64,000 nt of DNA from Octopus vulgaris (taxonomy: Eukaryota): contig OX597814.1 in assembly GCA_951406725.2 (NCBI GenBank), positions 185,938,001 through 186,002,000 of the forward strand. The letters are read 5' to 3'. Below, one piece after another: positions 40,016 through 54,273 of the stretch. Under the pieces are notes generated by a model that had not been told where the DNA came from, did not search any database, and saw only the letters and a list, made by a program, of their open reading frames with translations. How positions within the stretch are numbered: the first letter of the stretch is position 1; each line of letters opens with the position of its first letter. A program made the translations under genes and the position numbers.

Positions 40016-41013
40016 TACGATGGGCTTCTTTCAGTTTCCGTCTACCAAATCCACTCACAAGGCTTTGGTCAGCCCGAGGCTATAGTAGAAGACACTTGCC
40101 CAAGGTGCCACGCAGTGGGGCTGAATCCGGAACCATGTGGTTTGTAAGCAAGTTACTTACCACACTTATTTTAATTCTATTTTATTTTCTATACATTTAA
40201 GGGAAATCAACTTGCCATTATTATTAATGGCATGGATACACTAGTGTGCGTGCGTACATGTGTATGTGTGTATGTGTGTGCATTTCCTCTATGAGTTCAA
40301 GATAGAGATAGTAGGCAGGCAAGTAAATGAATATGATTCAAGGTATTAAGGAAATGTTTATCTGTAGTAATTAAGAAAAATGTAAGCAGTAAGTATTCAA
40401 CTAAAAATAAATGAGATGATGATGGAAAAATTATTTATTTCCTTACTTCTTTTTCTTAATCTTTGAAGTATGTATGTAACATTATTAACCCTATTTTTTT
40501 TCATTAACCTTAATATGCTTCTTCTCTAAGTCATCTTGATATTATTTACCCAGAATCAGCCAGTAATTTTCAAAAAAGAGTGTCACTCACTAAGTAGGTT
40601 ATACAGTTCAATCATAAATAATTAATATGTAAGAAATCATTTGAATTGTAAGAAAATCATTGAAATATTAGGAATTATTATACAAAAATATTGGTTTCCA
40701 TTTCTTATTGTTTATATTGATTCCTTTAAATAATCAGTTTGTCATAAATAGTTGAGCACCAGACTTAAAAAGTATTGTTTTATTTTATGCTTCTATACTC
40801 TATATCTATATTCCTAATGGGATTAGCTTTCATTTTAATATGAGGGTGGGGGAGTGGATGTCAATAAAATGAATAATTATGTATTATTGGGATGACAAAC
40901 AATTCCATTGATTATATTCATCTCTAACAAATTTCAAATTTTATGTCAATATATGAAGGCTAAATTTTTGGTTCATTTTGATTATATAAAAATTATTACA
41001 ATATAATTTTATA

Positions 41014-41219
41014 CATATACTATTGTGTCTGGGGGGGAGTCATTTTCTTCTTGTGCCTTATAATTTAATGTGTTCACCGGTAAGATTTCCACTTATTCCT
41101 TATTTTCATTTTCCTAAAATTTTCCTAAAAATAAGGAATAAGTGGAAATTTTACCGGTGAGTGTGTTAAATTATAAGGCACAAAAAGAAAATGACTCTCC
41201 CCAGACACAACAGAATATG
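41014..41219. repeat. ~206-bp fold-back (about 92-bp arms)
   Basis: TTGTGTCTGGGG...CACCGGTAAGATTTCCACTTATTCCTTATTTT / AAAATAAGGAATAAGTGGAAATTTTACCGGTG...CCCCAGACACAA. Confidence 0.88.
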
Positions 41220-41744
41220 CTTCAACACACGAACTCACATAAAGAATCTTGCAAACCAAATCCAAAAACAAAAACTTTACACATATATATTCTTTTATTT
41301 TACTTTTTTATTTGTTTCAGTCATTTGACTGCAGCCATGCTGGAGCACCACCTTTAGTCAAGCAAATCAATCCCAGGACTTCTTCTTTGTAAGCCTAGTA
41401 CTTATTTTATTGGTCTCTCTTGCCAAACCACTAAGTGATGGGGACGTAAACACACCGCATTGGTTGTCAAACGATATTCGGGGGACAAATACAGACACAC
41501 AAACATATACACACACATACACACATATATATATATATACATATATATGACAGACTTCTTTTCATTTTCCGTCTACCAAATCCACTCACAAGGCTTTGGT
41601 CGGCCTGAAGTTATAGTAGAAGACACTTGCCCAAGATGCCACACAGTGGGACTGAACCTAGAACCATGTGGTTGGTAAGCAAGCTACTTACCACACAACC
41701 ACTCCTGACACAGGAAAAACAATGGTTATGTTATGAACTTCATT

Positions 41745-41822
41745 AGCTTACAGTTGTTTCTGCTATATGATGCAGTGGGCTCTTAGAGTGCCTGAATAAT
41801 ATCCTATAGCCACATCAGTGCC
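41745..41822 (-). ncRNA. Decayed hammerhead-like motif
   Basis: Minus strand GGCA-CTGATGT-GGCTATA...TATAGCA-GAAAC-AACT-GTA-AGCT. Confidence 0.5.
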
Positions 41823-42571
41823 TTGAATATGAAGTGTAATTTATTTGAGAAAAAGAAGAGCATTTTTGCAATATACAGAGAAGACGTTACTAGCGAGAAA
41901 GTTATTATTGATGTATACAAAAAAAGTATATATCCAAAAGGTAATTTGATTTACTAATAGAAAAAATAGAAAAAAAAATTGAAAAAGTACATGCATATGC
42001 ACTTGAAAAATCGCATGCAGAGTTCTACACTAGGTTATTAGCCTCACAATGCCTAAGTGAAATTCCATTGATTATATTCATCTCTAACAAATTTCAAATT
42101 CTACGTCAATATACAAAGGCTAAATTTTTGGTTCATTTTGATTATATAAAAATGCTAATAACCAAGCTAATAACCTGGTGTGTGTGTGTATGTGTGTGTG
42201 TTACAATTTGTCCATATGTATGCATGCTCAGTTGATAGAAAGTTGAACCATTCACAATTAATTAATTCACATACTTTATGGTCTTGTATAATAATTTTGT
42301 TTAAAGACCCACTAATTGTCAAAGCTACACTATCAATAATTCTGGATTTTGTCTGAAAAATGTACTGTCAGTCTGTCTGTCTGGGTAAACATACATTATT
42401 CTTAGTGCATCAAAACTGATGAGGCTAAACTATGCTGAACCTTCAATCAGTTGTTAGACCAGCGTGTTTTTGCTAAATTTTATAAATTTAAAATTGTTTT
42501 AGAGTAAAGAAATAATCCTGTACTCCACCCACAAGAATAATATATAACTAAAACTCACTTAGTCACTTAGT

Positions 42572-42613
42572 CACAACATGTGGCAATTTCTGATGAAATT
42601 GCCACATGTTGTG
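42572..42613. repeat. Perfect 19-bp-stem hairpin
   Basis: CACAACATGTGGCAATTTC-TGAT-GAAATTGCCACATGTTGTG. Confidence 0.9.
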
Positions 42614-43797
42614 CCCCAGCATGGCCACAGACTAATGACTGAAACAAGAAAAAGATAAAAGATAGATGCAAGTCATATTGTCAGAAAGTACACTCCAAAT
42701 GGTCACTATTGGAGAAGCAGATACAGAACAAACGCAAACATTTTAAAATCTCGTTTAAATTAATTCATAGACATTTCGAGAGACTTCAACATGTACTTTT
42801 CTCCAACTACAGTCCAGCAACAACAACAGCAACAGAAAGTTGAACTTGAGCCTACTGAGAATATATATATATCCACAGAATGGGAAGAGGGAAGAGGTGC
42901 CTGTAGCATTCCCTTTTCAATTATATTGACCTTCTTTTTCTTTATCTTGTTCCCTGTTTCTTCTCCTCTTTAATAACATTCATTCTTGCAGTCTTAAAAG
43001 TAGCAATTTGTTTGTTAACACCATCAGCCCTGCCACCCACCACGACCACCACCACAACATTTCAACACATTGAGTATGGACTGGCGAATAAAGAGAGAAA
43101 GGGCAAGATAAATTAGTAAATATAGGTTCTGCTTGATCAAATCTGACAAGGCTACTAGAGTAGTTGTAGTGGGAGTTGGGTTTTAATTGTGGTGGCAGTG
43201 GAGATAAAGTGGAACCATATCTTCTAACAGTTTTGTAAGTATAGGTCTGCTTGACCATAACTGTCCAGAAAGTGAGATGATACTCTCAAATCAATGTTGT
43301 TAAATATAGGTTAACTTCAACAGGTAAGAATAGACAAAAACAGACTACACACCATCAGTGAAATAACAACAAAAATTAAACATTCAACAACAGGTTTCTA
43401 AGAATGGACTTAGATGTGTTATTACATTGACAATGATATTATATTTTAAAATCCTGGGAAGGTGTATAGTTAATTATCTATCACACAGTACAAGACAGAT
43501 ATTTTCTTTTATTAACCCCAAAATCATGAAAGAGAAACTAGACATCAGGGTGATTTGAATTCAGAATGTGAAATAAGGAAACTAAATATTGCTTTCGAAT
43601 TTTGGTACAAGGCCGGCAATTTCAGGCGAGTTGGTAAGTCAACTACACCAGCCCTCAGTGCTCAACAGGTACTTATTTATTGACCTTGAAAGAATAACAG
43701 GCAAAGTCACCTTGACAGGATTTGAACCTGGAATATAAAGACAGATTAGATGCTACTAAGCATTTTGACCAATGTACTAATGATTCTGCTAGCTTGT

Positions 43798-44016
43798 CCT
43801 TTCGTTACCAACCTAGCTGAAACTAACTCTGGCTCTGAGTACAAATGTCTTGTTTTCATAAGTTTTGAATTAAAATCTTCCACCAAATCTTAGTCACAAT
43901 TCATGTTCCTAACACTAGCTTAATGATAACTAAGTTATTTTACTAAATTCTTTGTTATATTTAAAGTAATTGAAAGAAACACAGAGCTTCTCAAAATAAA
44001 TACAGTAACGAAAGGG
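43798..44016. mobile_element. piggyBac-like MITE (family of 61971-62190)
   Basis: CCTTTCGTTAC...GTAACGAAAGGG termini. Body nearly identical to 61971-62190. Confidence 0.82.
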
Positions 44017-44433
44017 TAGAGGAAACTAAATATTATAAATAATTCTGATATGAAAGGTCATAAGTGCAGAAATTTAGATGTAGTGGGATAGAGACAGCGA
44101 TTTTTATTACAGGCAGAAGGCTACAAACTATGGGGGAGGGAAAGTCGATTGTATCAACCAGTACTTCATTCGTACTCATTTTGGCACCCTCTGAAGGAGA
44201 CAAGGCAGAAACAACCTGAGTAGAATTTCATTTCAAAATGTAAAGGATGGATAACTTAATATCACAGGTTATTATGTGAGACACTTTCTATACTAATGAC
44301 TTTGTCCAATGAGAAATATAAGACTGAGTTTGATAAGATAGACTAAGCAAGTAAGACTGATTTTCATTAATTCTCAAGCATCTAATTATAATGTTTTTCT
44401 TAGTGAAAACAACTGTCTTATTCAGGCATCATT

Positions 44434-45238
44434 AGACTGGTCAAAAATCTTGTATTTGGAAAGGTCAAAATTTAGTCTGTTCAGCACAGCTGAAACCATA
44501 CAGGAGGAGAATTTCAATACAGAGCTGCATGTCAGGGAAAAGATGTTGGTTCCATACATCAAATTCAGGATATCATGAACAGCACAACCTATGTAGAGAT
44601 CTTGGAGAAAATAATGCTTCCATAAGTCAATAATCATTTGGGCCAGTCATGGGCTTTTAAGCATGACAGTTACAGGAACAATATAGGAATTCATCAAAAG
44701 CAAGAAAATCTGGGTGCTGAAGTAATCAGGATAATCCACAAATTTAAATCAATAGAAAACATATGGAAACTTTAATTCATGCATTATTCAACAAAGGAAA
44801 TCCAAGAAACTGAATGAAATGTATGATTATACAGTCAAAAAATGGTAAGAGACTAGAGTATTTAACCAAGCGTCGCCTTACTGGCACTTGTGCCAGTGTG
44901 CAGGTGGCACGTAAAAAAAAACACAAATTTTTCGTGGCCGTTGCCAGTTACCGCCTGACTGGCCCGCATGCCGATGGCACATAAAAGTACCCACTACACT
45001 CTCAGAGTGGTTGGCATTAGGAAGGGCATCCAGCTGTAGAAACTCTGCCAGATCAAGATTGGAGCCTGGTGCAGCCATCTGGTTCACTAGTCCTCAGTCA
45101 AATCGTCCAACCCATGCCAGCATGGAAAGCGGATGTTAAACGATGATGATGATGATCATGATGATCATGATGATTCAGTGCCTTGTAGATATGAAACCAT
45201 TATTAAGAAATTTCAGGTACCCAATCAAATATTAGCTC
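44434..45238 (+). pseudogene. Tc1 transposase relic interrupted by a family C repeat
   Basis: DWSKILYLERSKFSLF (cf. W..VLFSDESKF.LF); VGSIHQIQDIMNSTTYVEILEKIMLP; N.IENIW (cf. SPDLNPIENLW); C-terminal P.R...I...KY* near 45180-45238. Confidence 0.75.
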
Positions 45239-45521
45239 CATGTGATTTTAATGCAAACATTCCACTTTATTGAAAAAAAAAAATTGTTTGAAATGTTTCT
45301 GAATTAAATGATGTTCACTGAAAGGGCATTACTAGTACTGTTAATAATTGTATTTTGTTCATATAAAATCTCTGCTTTTAAATCTACATCATTTAAAAAG
45401 AGTTTTAAAAAATTCTTTTTTGATTTTTGAAATAGTTTTAATCATACATTATTAAATACAAGGAAATAAATCACATCCAATTATCGTTATACTCCTGGTT
45501 TTAAACTGATAAAATTTTCCT

Positions 45522-45870
45522 TGTATGTGTGTGCGTGCATGCATGTGTGTTTGTGTGTGTGTATTTGTGTGTGTATGTGTGTGTGTGTTTTTGTGTGTGT
45601 GTGTGTGTGTATGTGAGTGTGTGTGTGTGTTTTTGTGTGTGTATGTGTGTGTATGTGTGTGTTTGTGTGTGTATGTGTGTTTTTGTGTGTATGTGTGTGT
45701 ATGTGTGTGATTTTGTGTGTGTATGTGTGTGTATGTGTGTGTTTTTGTGTGTATATGTGTGTGTATGTGTGTGCTTGTGTGTGTATATGTGTGTGTATGT
45801 GTGTGTTTGTGTGTGTATGTGTGTGTTTGTGTGTGTGTGTGTGTGTTTGCGTGTGTGTTTGTGTGTGTGT
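45522..45870. repeat. Degenerate (TG)n tract
   Basis: Direct reading. Confidence 0.9.
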
Positions 45871-46675
45871 AGTAACTGTAGTGTAAAAGAACACACCACA
45901 AATAATGTGTCACAGATGTCCTGTTACTTTTCCCTACTTTTTTTTTCACCGCAACCCCTATTCTGCAGAAGCAGCAAGTTGCATGCTATATCTGCCGCAT
46001 CCTTCCCAATGCATCTAAAACTCTCCTTTTCTCATCACCTCCATCATGTTTCACTTATCAGACCCTTATACCAAACACTTAGCTCAAATCAATCTTCTCC
46101 AGCACAATGAAATCTCTGGAGTTCCCACTTTAGCTGTGGTGTTTCCCCAGAGATAACAACTTTCAGAAGTTCAAAGTGAACATGAAATGTCTCAGATTTA
46201 CCATTCTGCAAAGATCAGGGATGCTGAGCCATCTCTTCATACTAATTTGTTCAAAAAAGGAAAAATATGTTACTGAAGCACACAGGCCTCTACATTGTTG
46301 TTGTGGTGGTGGTGGTGGTGGCGGTTGCGGTAGTAGCAGCGGTGGTGGTGGTGGTGGTGGTGGAGGCAAGCTAGCAGAATCACTAGTACACTGGGTAAAA
46401 TGCTTATTAGCAGTATTTCATCCATCTTTACAATCTGAGTTCAAATCCCGTCAAAGTCAACTTTGCTTTTCATTCTTTTGGGGGTCGATAAATTAAGTAC
46501 CAATTGAACTCTGGAGCCAATGTAATCAACTTACCGTTCCCCCAAAATTGCTGGCTTTGTGCCAAAATTTGAAAGCATTATTATTGTTGTTGTTGCTGTT
46601 GTTGTTGTAGTTGTTTTTGTTGTTGTTGTTGTTGTTATAATTATAATTATTATTATTATTATTATTATGATCATC

Positions 46676-47030
46676 ATTGCCTTTTCGCAGCTTCTAATGC
46701 TGGAGATGTACTACAGGTCAGCTGTTCGCTACCAGGGAATTAAGGCAACACCCCTTATTTTTCGAGCACCTTCTGGAGTATTCAAGTGGTTCCAAGCAGT
46801 GCTCTACCCTTATTGCAGCTCCTATTTGTCCCATGTACTTCTCAAGATTTTTATTCAGTGTTCCCAGAGCTCTGACAATTATTGGTACTACTACCACCTT
46901 TTTCATCAACCACAACTGCTTCACTTCCCAAGCTAACCTGTCATATCTATCGACTTTTCTTTCTTCCTTATCACATATTTTGTTGTCAGCTGGGCATGCT
47001 ATATCTATGATCCAGCATAGTTTGCACAGA
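46676..47030 (-). mobile_element. R4-like LINE 3' fragment (restriction-like endonuclease domain)
   Basis: Minus strand CWIIDIACPADNKICDKEERKVDRYDRLAWEVKQLWLMKKVVVVPIIVRALG, followed by a 3' UTR and (AAT)n. Confidence 0.8.
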
Positions 47031-47624
47031 ATATAAAGAAATTATTTCTTTTCTAAGCACAGATATGGCTGTTTTGTTTAAGACGCTTGCTTACCAACTA
47101 AGTGGTTCCAAATTCAGTCCCACTGGAAAAGCATCTTCTATAACCCCAAGCCAACCAGAGCTGTGAGTAGATTTGATAGAAGGAAACTTAAAATCCATTG
47201 TATGTATATATAGAGACATATAGATATACATACATACATACATACATATATATAAACTTACTTGGAAATGGATGTATCAATTAAATAATAAGTAATGAAT
47301 AATATATTGTGTGTTTGTGTGTGTCATTTTTTTGTTTCCAACTTTGACCCTCCGTAAATCCAAAATTTTAATTTTATTTTAGAATTCATGGGAGCAACTG
47401 TTTTTGAAGACCCAAATTGTCATTGAATGCTCGAAATGAGGAGTAGATAGACAGCCAACAACTGATGAAGGGTCCTTTCTCTGTGTTAACTTGTCCTGTT
47501 TTCCTTCTTTTTTTTTTAATTGCTTATGTATTTCACTCATTTTTCCTTCATTTGATTAGGTATTTCATGGTTATTTGCACCGTTGGTGATGTCCTGTACC
47601 CATACACTCATGTGTATATATGTA

Positions 47625-47679
<55 letters not shown>

Positions 47680-48515
47680 ACATACATACATATGTACAAA
47701 TTTGGTAATGCAAACAGGAAAGATAGAAATCAAAACATGAGTATATATATATATATATTTCAATATTTAGCAGAAGCAAAGCAACAGAGTGACTCAAGGA
47801 TCAAGAGATTCATACATTAGTACTTGTGTGTGTGTGTGTGTGTCTATGCATGCATGTGTGTTTGTCCCCCTACCACTGCTTGAAAACCAGCTGTTTGCTT
47901 CCATTACCGTAACTTAGCCATTGGGCAGAAAGAGACTGAAAGAATAAGTACCAAACCGAAAACAAAAAATAAGTAGTGGGATCAATTTATTTTGACTGAA
48001 GCCCAAGCAAGGCTGCAATCCAATGAGTAAAACAAGTAAAAGATACAAGTTATTCTTTGTATAGAGGTCCATTCCATATGATAATAGAGTAACACAGAAT
48101 CCTTTTTCTTGATGAAATTATCAATGATTATCTCTCGTCACACAAATCCAATAAGTTCTGTCTTGCACTAGTGTAGCTGTCAGTAACGATCAACATTTTA
48201 ATAATAACTTCATCAAATATCTTTGCACTTTTATGTTTGGTTGCTTTCTATGCTTGATTTTATAATTTTAAGACTTTTCTACTTTATTTAAATAAATTCT
48301 TTTATTTCATTTCTTCTCTTTTGTTTTTTTATGTTGCCTTTTTTTTCTCCGCTTTTGTTGGTAGGGATAAGTGGATATATAATCATTTGACAAGGATAAT
48401 AAGTTAATCTGTTTGGGTGGAGATAATGATGAACAGTATATATCCTTAGGGATTGTACAGTCAGAATTTAAGATATACATACATACATATATATTATACA
48501 CTCACACACACAAAC

Positions 48516-48609
<94 letters not shown>

Positions 48610-49758
48610 CATATATACTCTTACATACAAATGTACATATCTAAGTATACACACACACACACATACATACATATATATATATATATACACCCACATACAT
48701 GTGTATATACAAATAATTATGTATGCATGCATGTGTGTATCTGCTTCTTTGCTTGTCTCTATATGTACATCTGTATACATATATGTATATGCATACACAC
48801 TGATATTTGTGTATGAGTATGCATACATGTCTTGCATGTACAAGCAAGTTCATGCAGGCATGCATGCTTCCATGCATGTGTGTGTGTGTGTATGAATGCG
48901 ATTAATTTTTAAATGTTTGTTTTCAAATTTAAGGATTATATCAAAATAGATTTCAAACCCATAACAACAAATTACTTTGCTTTTAAAACAAATTTTAAAA
49001 GATTACCCCAGAATTTTAGTTTATATTCTGAAAATATTATTTCTTTCCCTATGATTCCGGTGGAGAAAAAAAAATACCAAATCAATAGACCCTTGTTTTT
49101 GATTGTTATATTTGTTTTTGTTTTTGTTTGTATTTTCTTTCTATTTTATGACAGGCCAGAACCATATTGACATATTGACTTTAATCAACTACATAAATTT
49201 AAGCCACTAATTAAATCTGTTTTCTTTTTTTTTTTCTTTTTTTTTGCAGTGTGCTTCAGGTAGGAAGAGCAAAAACACTACCCCTCCCTCGATCTCATGC
49301 CACCCAAACACTCACTCACCCACCCACCCCACTTTAACTTATGCACTGTGCATTTATCGGTCACCGGGCAATGCGTTCAGGTCAAACAGGTAGAGAAGAA
49401 GAGGACTGAGATTGCAATAATTAACATTGGGCTTCAAGAGTTGAAAGTAGCTTGTTGTGGGAGCACATGCATAGGGAAAGGGATTTGTTCTGTACTGAAT
49501 TAAGGTCAACCTGTATAATTTTTTAAACCAGATTTAAAGTTTTATATCAATATATATATATATACATATATGTGAATATATTCTTCTGTTCCTTTATACT
49601 TTTATGCTTTCGGTCATTTTGACTGCGGCCATGGAGCACCACATTTAGTCAAGCAAATTCTTTGTAAGCCTAGTACTTATTTTATCAGTCTCTTTTATTA
49701 AGGGATGTTGGGGGAGACAAACACACTCACACAAACATATACATACATACATACGTAC

Positions 49759-49789
<31 letters not shown>

Positions 49790-49935
49790 AGCTTCTTTCA
49801 GTTTCCGTCTACCAAATCCACTCACAAGACTTTGGTCAGTCCAAGGCTATAGTAGAAGACACTCACTCAAAGTGCCACACAGTGGGACTGAACCTGGAAC
49901 CATGTGGTTGGTAAGCAAGCTACTTACCACACAGC

Positions 49936-50008
<73 letters not shown>

Positions 50009-52323
50009 AACTATCACTCATAAAACTTACAAATACCTGTTATATATATTTTACTGTACATACAAAATGGATTTATATTTTATTTCTTCATTAAAGAGAG
50101 TTGGAAAAACATTACTTATGGTATGTCTCAAATCTCACATCTCACATAATTACCAGTCAATAAAATGATTTATTGGCCAAACAATTTACTAAATGCAAGG
50201 CAGCGCATTACTTCACAAAACCATAAGAAAGACATAGCAAAACTTCAAAGAAAAATGAACCATCGATGGACAAGCGATCTATCCATGGAGATTCACCTTG
50301 TATTTATTTAGAGTTCAAGAAAGTCAGTTCCCATCTTAATAGAATCTGGAGTCTTCTGGAAAGATTTAAAGGGTAAAAAACCCCTATAGTCTTGAATGAT
50401 CATGGAATTGCACTTAGAAAGTTACCCTGTGAGGCTGCTTATGGAAGACTGGCAGTCGCCCATGCATACCAGCCTTCCATCTCCTTGCCACCAATGGTGT
50501 CCAAAAGAAGAGCAAAGGTCAATACCTCTTGGCACCAGTGATCTCGAAACTCATTTCTACAGCTGAGTGAAATGGAACAAAGTGAAATGAAGGGCCTTGC
50601 TCAAGAACACAACACAGCCTGGTCCATGAACTGAACTCACTACCTCGTGATTGTGATGAACTGAACTGAATTAACTACCTCATGACTCTAACCACTGAGT
50701 CATGCACCTTCCATGGAAAGATGATAACTTTTTTTAGCCATCTACAATTTATAAGATCCTATAAAACTTATAATTTATAAAGTGTTTATATTGGTGTCTT
50801 TTCTGAAGTTATGATTTTGTTCAAATGATTTTTCATCCAGAAATCATAATGGTATTTCTGTGATAAACAAGTATATTAGCTTTTAATTTTCTAAATGTAT
50901 TATTTATTTCCTACAGTTGTGACAGATATAGACAAAACTGACATTTTCTAATTAGGAGATATCAATGACAGTGATTGATCAGCCCTATTGACTTATTGGA
51001 AAGATGAATTGGAGTGGTTTACGGATGCATATTCCACTTACGTATTGGAATTTCGAGATCGCTTTTGCAAGCTAATAAAAACATTCTTCATTTCAACCAT
51101 TTCACATTTAGCCAATCTTCAAAATAGGAATGGCAGAATCATAAGAGACTTGCGTAAAAACAAATGCTTATATTAATTTGTTATGATACTACATCCTCAG
51201 TTTGAATTCCCCCGGATCAATTTTACCTTTTTCTTCCATCCAAGGTCAATAAAATAAAATACCAGTCAAAAATTGAGGCTGATTTAATGTTACTATAAAG
51301 CATCAAAGATGTGAATGAAATTATAACAGAAATCCAAGATGAAGATTAAACCTATAATCTTGACTGAGAGACCAAACATCATCAGATCAAGTCACATTTT
51401 TCTTAATTTTCTCCTAATACACTCAATACTTTTCTCTTTTAGCACTCGGTTTTCATTTACAATACTGACCTATCCTATAGGAGCAGGAGTGGCTGTGTGG
51501 TAAGTAGCTTGCTAACCAACCACATGGTTCCGGGTTCAGTCCCACTGCGTGGTACCTTGGGCAAGTGTCTTCTGCTATAGCCTCGGGCCGACCAATGCCT
51601 TGTGAGTGGATTTGGTAGACAGAAACTGAAAGAAGCCTGTCGTATATATGTATATATATATATATATGTATGTGTGTGTTTGTGTGTCTGTGTTTGTCCC
51701 CCTAGCATTGCTTGACAACCGATGCTGGTGTGTTTACGTCCCCGTAACTTAGCGGTTTGGCAAAAAGAGACCGATAGAATAAGTACTGGGCTTACAAAAA
51801 AAGAATAAGTCCCGGGGTCGATTTGCTCGACTAAAGGCGGTGCTCCAGCATGGCCGCAGTCAAATGATTGAAACAAGTAAAAGAGTAAAAGAGTAAAGAG
51901 TATCCTGAGTTGTTGCTTCAGTATCATTATAGTAGAAATTAAACTACAATACTACTAACTATATGGTCAGAAATCTGCTTCCCAACCACATGGTTCCAAG
52001 TTCATCCCAATTGCATAGCACCCTGAGCATGTCTCTTCTACTGTAGCCTCAAGCAACTAGTCTTGTGAGTGGATTTGGTAGATGGAAACTGAAAGAAGCC
52101 TGTCCTCTGTGTGTGTGTGTGTGTGTGTGTGTGCCTTCGTGTATGTGTGACACACATATATCATCATCATCATCATTTAGCGTCCGTTCTCCATGCTAGC
52201 ATGGGTTGGACGGTTCAACTGGGGTCTGTGAAGCTGGAAGGCTTCATCAGGCCCAGTCAGATCTGGCAGTGTTTCTACGGCTGGATGCCCTTCCTAACGC
52301 CAACCACTCCATGAGTGTAGTGG

Positions 52324-52603
52324 GTGCTTTTTACGTGCCACCTGCACAGGTGCCAGACAGAGCTGGCAAACGGCCATGAACAGATGGTGCTTTTACGTGT
52401 CACCGGCACGGGGGCTAGGCGAGGCTGGCAACGGGCACGAACGGATGGTGCTTTTACATGCCACCGACACGGGGGCCAGACAGGGCTGGCAAACGGCCAC
52501 GAACAGATGGTGCTTTTACGTGTCACCGGCACGGGGGCCAGGCGAGGCTGGCAACGGACATGAACGGATGGTGCTTTTACATGTCGCCGACATGGGGGCC
52601 AGA
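52324..52603. repeat. Internal ~60-bp tandem array within a family C element
   Basis: GGTGCTTTTAC.TG.CACC...GGCTGGCAA.CGG.CA.GAAC.GAT repeated about 4.5 times in alternating variants. Confidence 0.85.
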
Positions 52604-53217
52604 CATATATATATATATATATATATAAAATATTTATACTGTGAAATTTGATTTAATACTAAATCTAATTTTTTCCTGTAAGTTTGGAGCCATACTCCCT
52701 AATATTATTTTTATTATATATATATATATATATATATATGTGGCAGGCTTCTTTTGGTTTACATCTACCAAATCCACTCAAAAGAGTTAGTTGACTCTGG
52801 ATCATAGTAGAAGGTGCTTGCCCAAGATTCCATGCACTGGGACTGAACCCGGAACCATGTGGCTGAGAGCAAACTTCTCTTACCATGCATCCATACCAGC
52901 ACCTACAGGATGCATTGGATAACACAGTTCTAATTACACTATATCAGATAAAAAAAAATTATAGAATGGTGATGGTTGGAATGCTTTTCATAATATGATT
53001 GCTCCAGCAAGGCCAACCAGGGGCAAAGCAACAATAACAGGCCTATTTGCAAAACACAAACAAGTGGTGGAGGTGTGACAAGTGGGAAGAAAGGAAGACA
53101 AAAAAACACAATTGGATTATAAATTCAACCACTATTGAATGCAATTAGTACATTAAACTCTTAACAACTTCCAACACCTCCCCCACCAGCACCACAATAA
53201 CAATAAGCACTACAAAT

Positions 53218-53248
<31 letters not shown>

Positions 53249-53406
53249 CTAACACAACCACCACTAGCAACATCAGACTTCTTCCATTGCCCTCATTTCA
53301 TACCTTGCTCTTCTCACACTTCAACAGTTAGAATAGAAAGAGTCAATTATTCCGGATCAGCCTCCAGCTACAACATAAAAGCATTAACAACAACAACAAC
53401 AACAAC

Positions 53407-53456
<50 letters not shown>

Positions 53457-53847
53457 TAATAATAATGGCCGACAGTAAGTAACCAACAGGTTCAGGGATG
53501 TTTTCATGGTAAAAAGAAAAAAGGGATTTGCCAAGGGATTAGCTGCCAGAGAAAGAACAGGTTAAAAAGAAATGAAAAAAAACAAAAACAAGACCTTTGT
53601 ATTGATTTATAAATTGCTTACTGCTCCTTACTTCTGTTTTCTCCACTGCCAGCCACACTTTCATCCCCTACTGACACCCACTCCCTCAGCATTAATATGT
53701 CACGTGCCATATGCATTGATGTATAAACTGGCAATAATCCATTGTCAGCTATCACCAACATATTCATATATGTATATGCTTGTCATCACACACAAACACA
53801 ATATATACATATATATATATATATATATTGTGTGTGTGATGACAAGC

Positions 53848-53884
<37 letters not shown>

Positions 53885-53900
<16 letters not shown>

Positions 53901-53911
53901 TAGATAGATAA

Positions 53912-53995
<84 letters not shown>

Positions 53996-54089
53996 TTAGA
54001 TAGACAGACAGATAGATATAGATATACTTGGAAGAGGATGCAAGGTGTTCAATCATATAATAATATAAATAAATATAAATATATTATAT

Positions 54090-54188
<99 letters not shown>

Positions 54189-54215
54189 AAGATATAGATA
54201 TATATATAGATATAG

Positions 54216-54270
<55 letters not shown>
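53885..54270. repeat. (AGAT)n and (TA)n microsatellites
   Basis: Direct reading. Confidence 0.9.

Positions 54271-54273
<3 letters not shown>

Larger units (their letters stand above)
40901..42152. repeat. 92-bp direct repeats (40901-40992 and 42061-42152)
   Basis: AATTCCATTGATTATATTCATCTC...GATTATATAAAAA occurs twice with about 4 mismatches. Confidence 0.88.

Noticed and set aside
50917-51176. Acceptor-like TTTCCTACAG and a 62-aa ORF
   Set aside because: All three frames after the AG close quickly and the peptide is unrecognisable.
52324-52603. Regular ~60-bp repeats resembling a CRISPR array
   Set aside because: The 'spacers' are themselves homologous, the array is internal to a SINE-like element, the context is eukaryotic and there are no cas genes.
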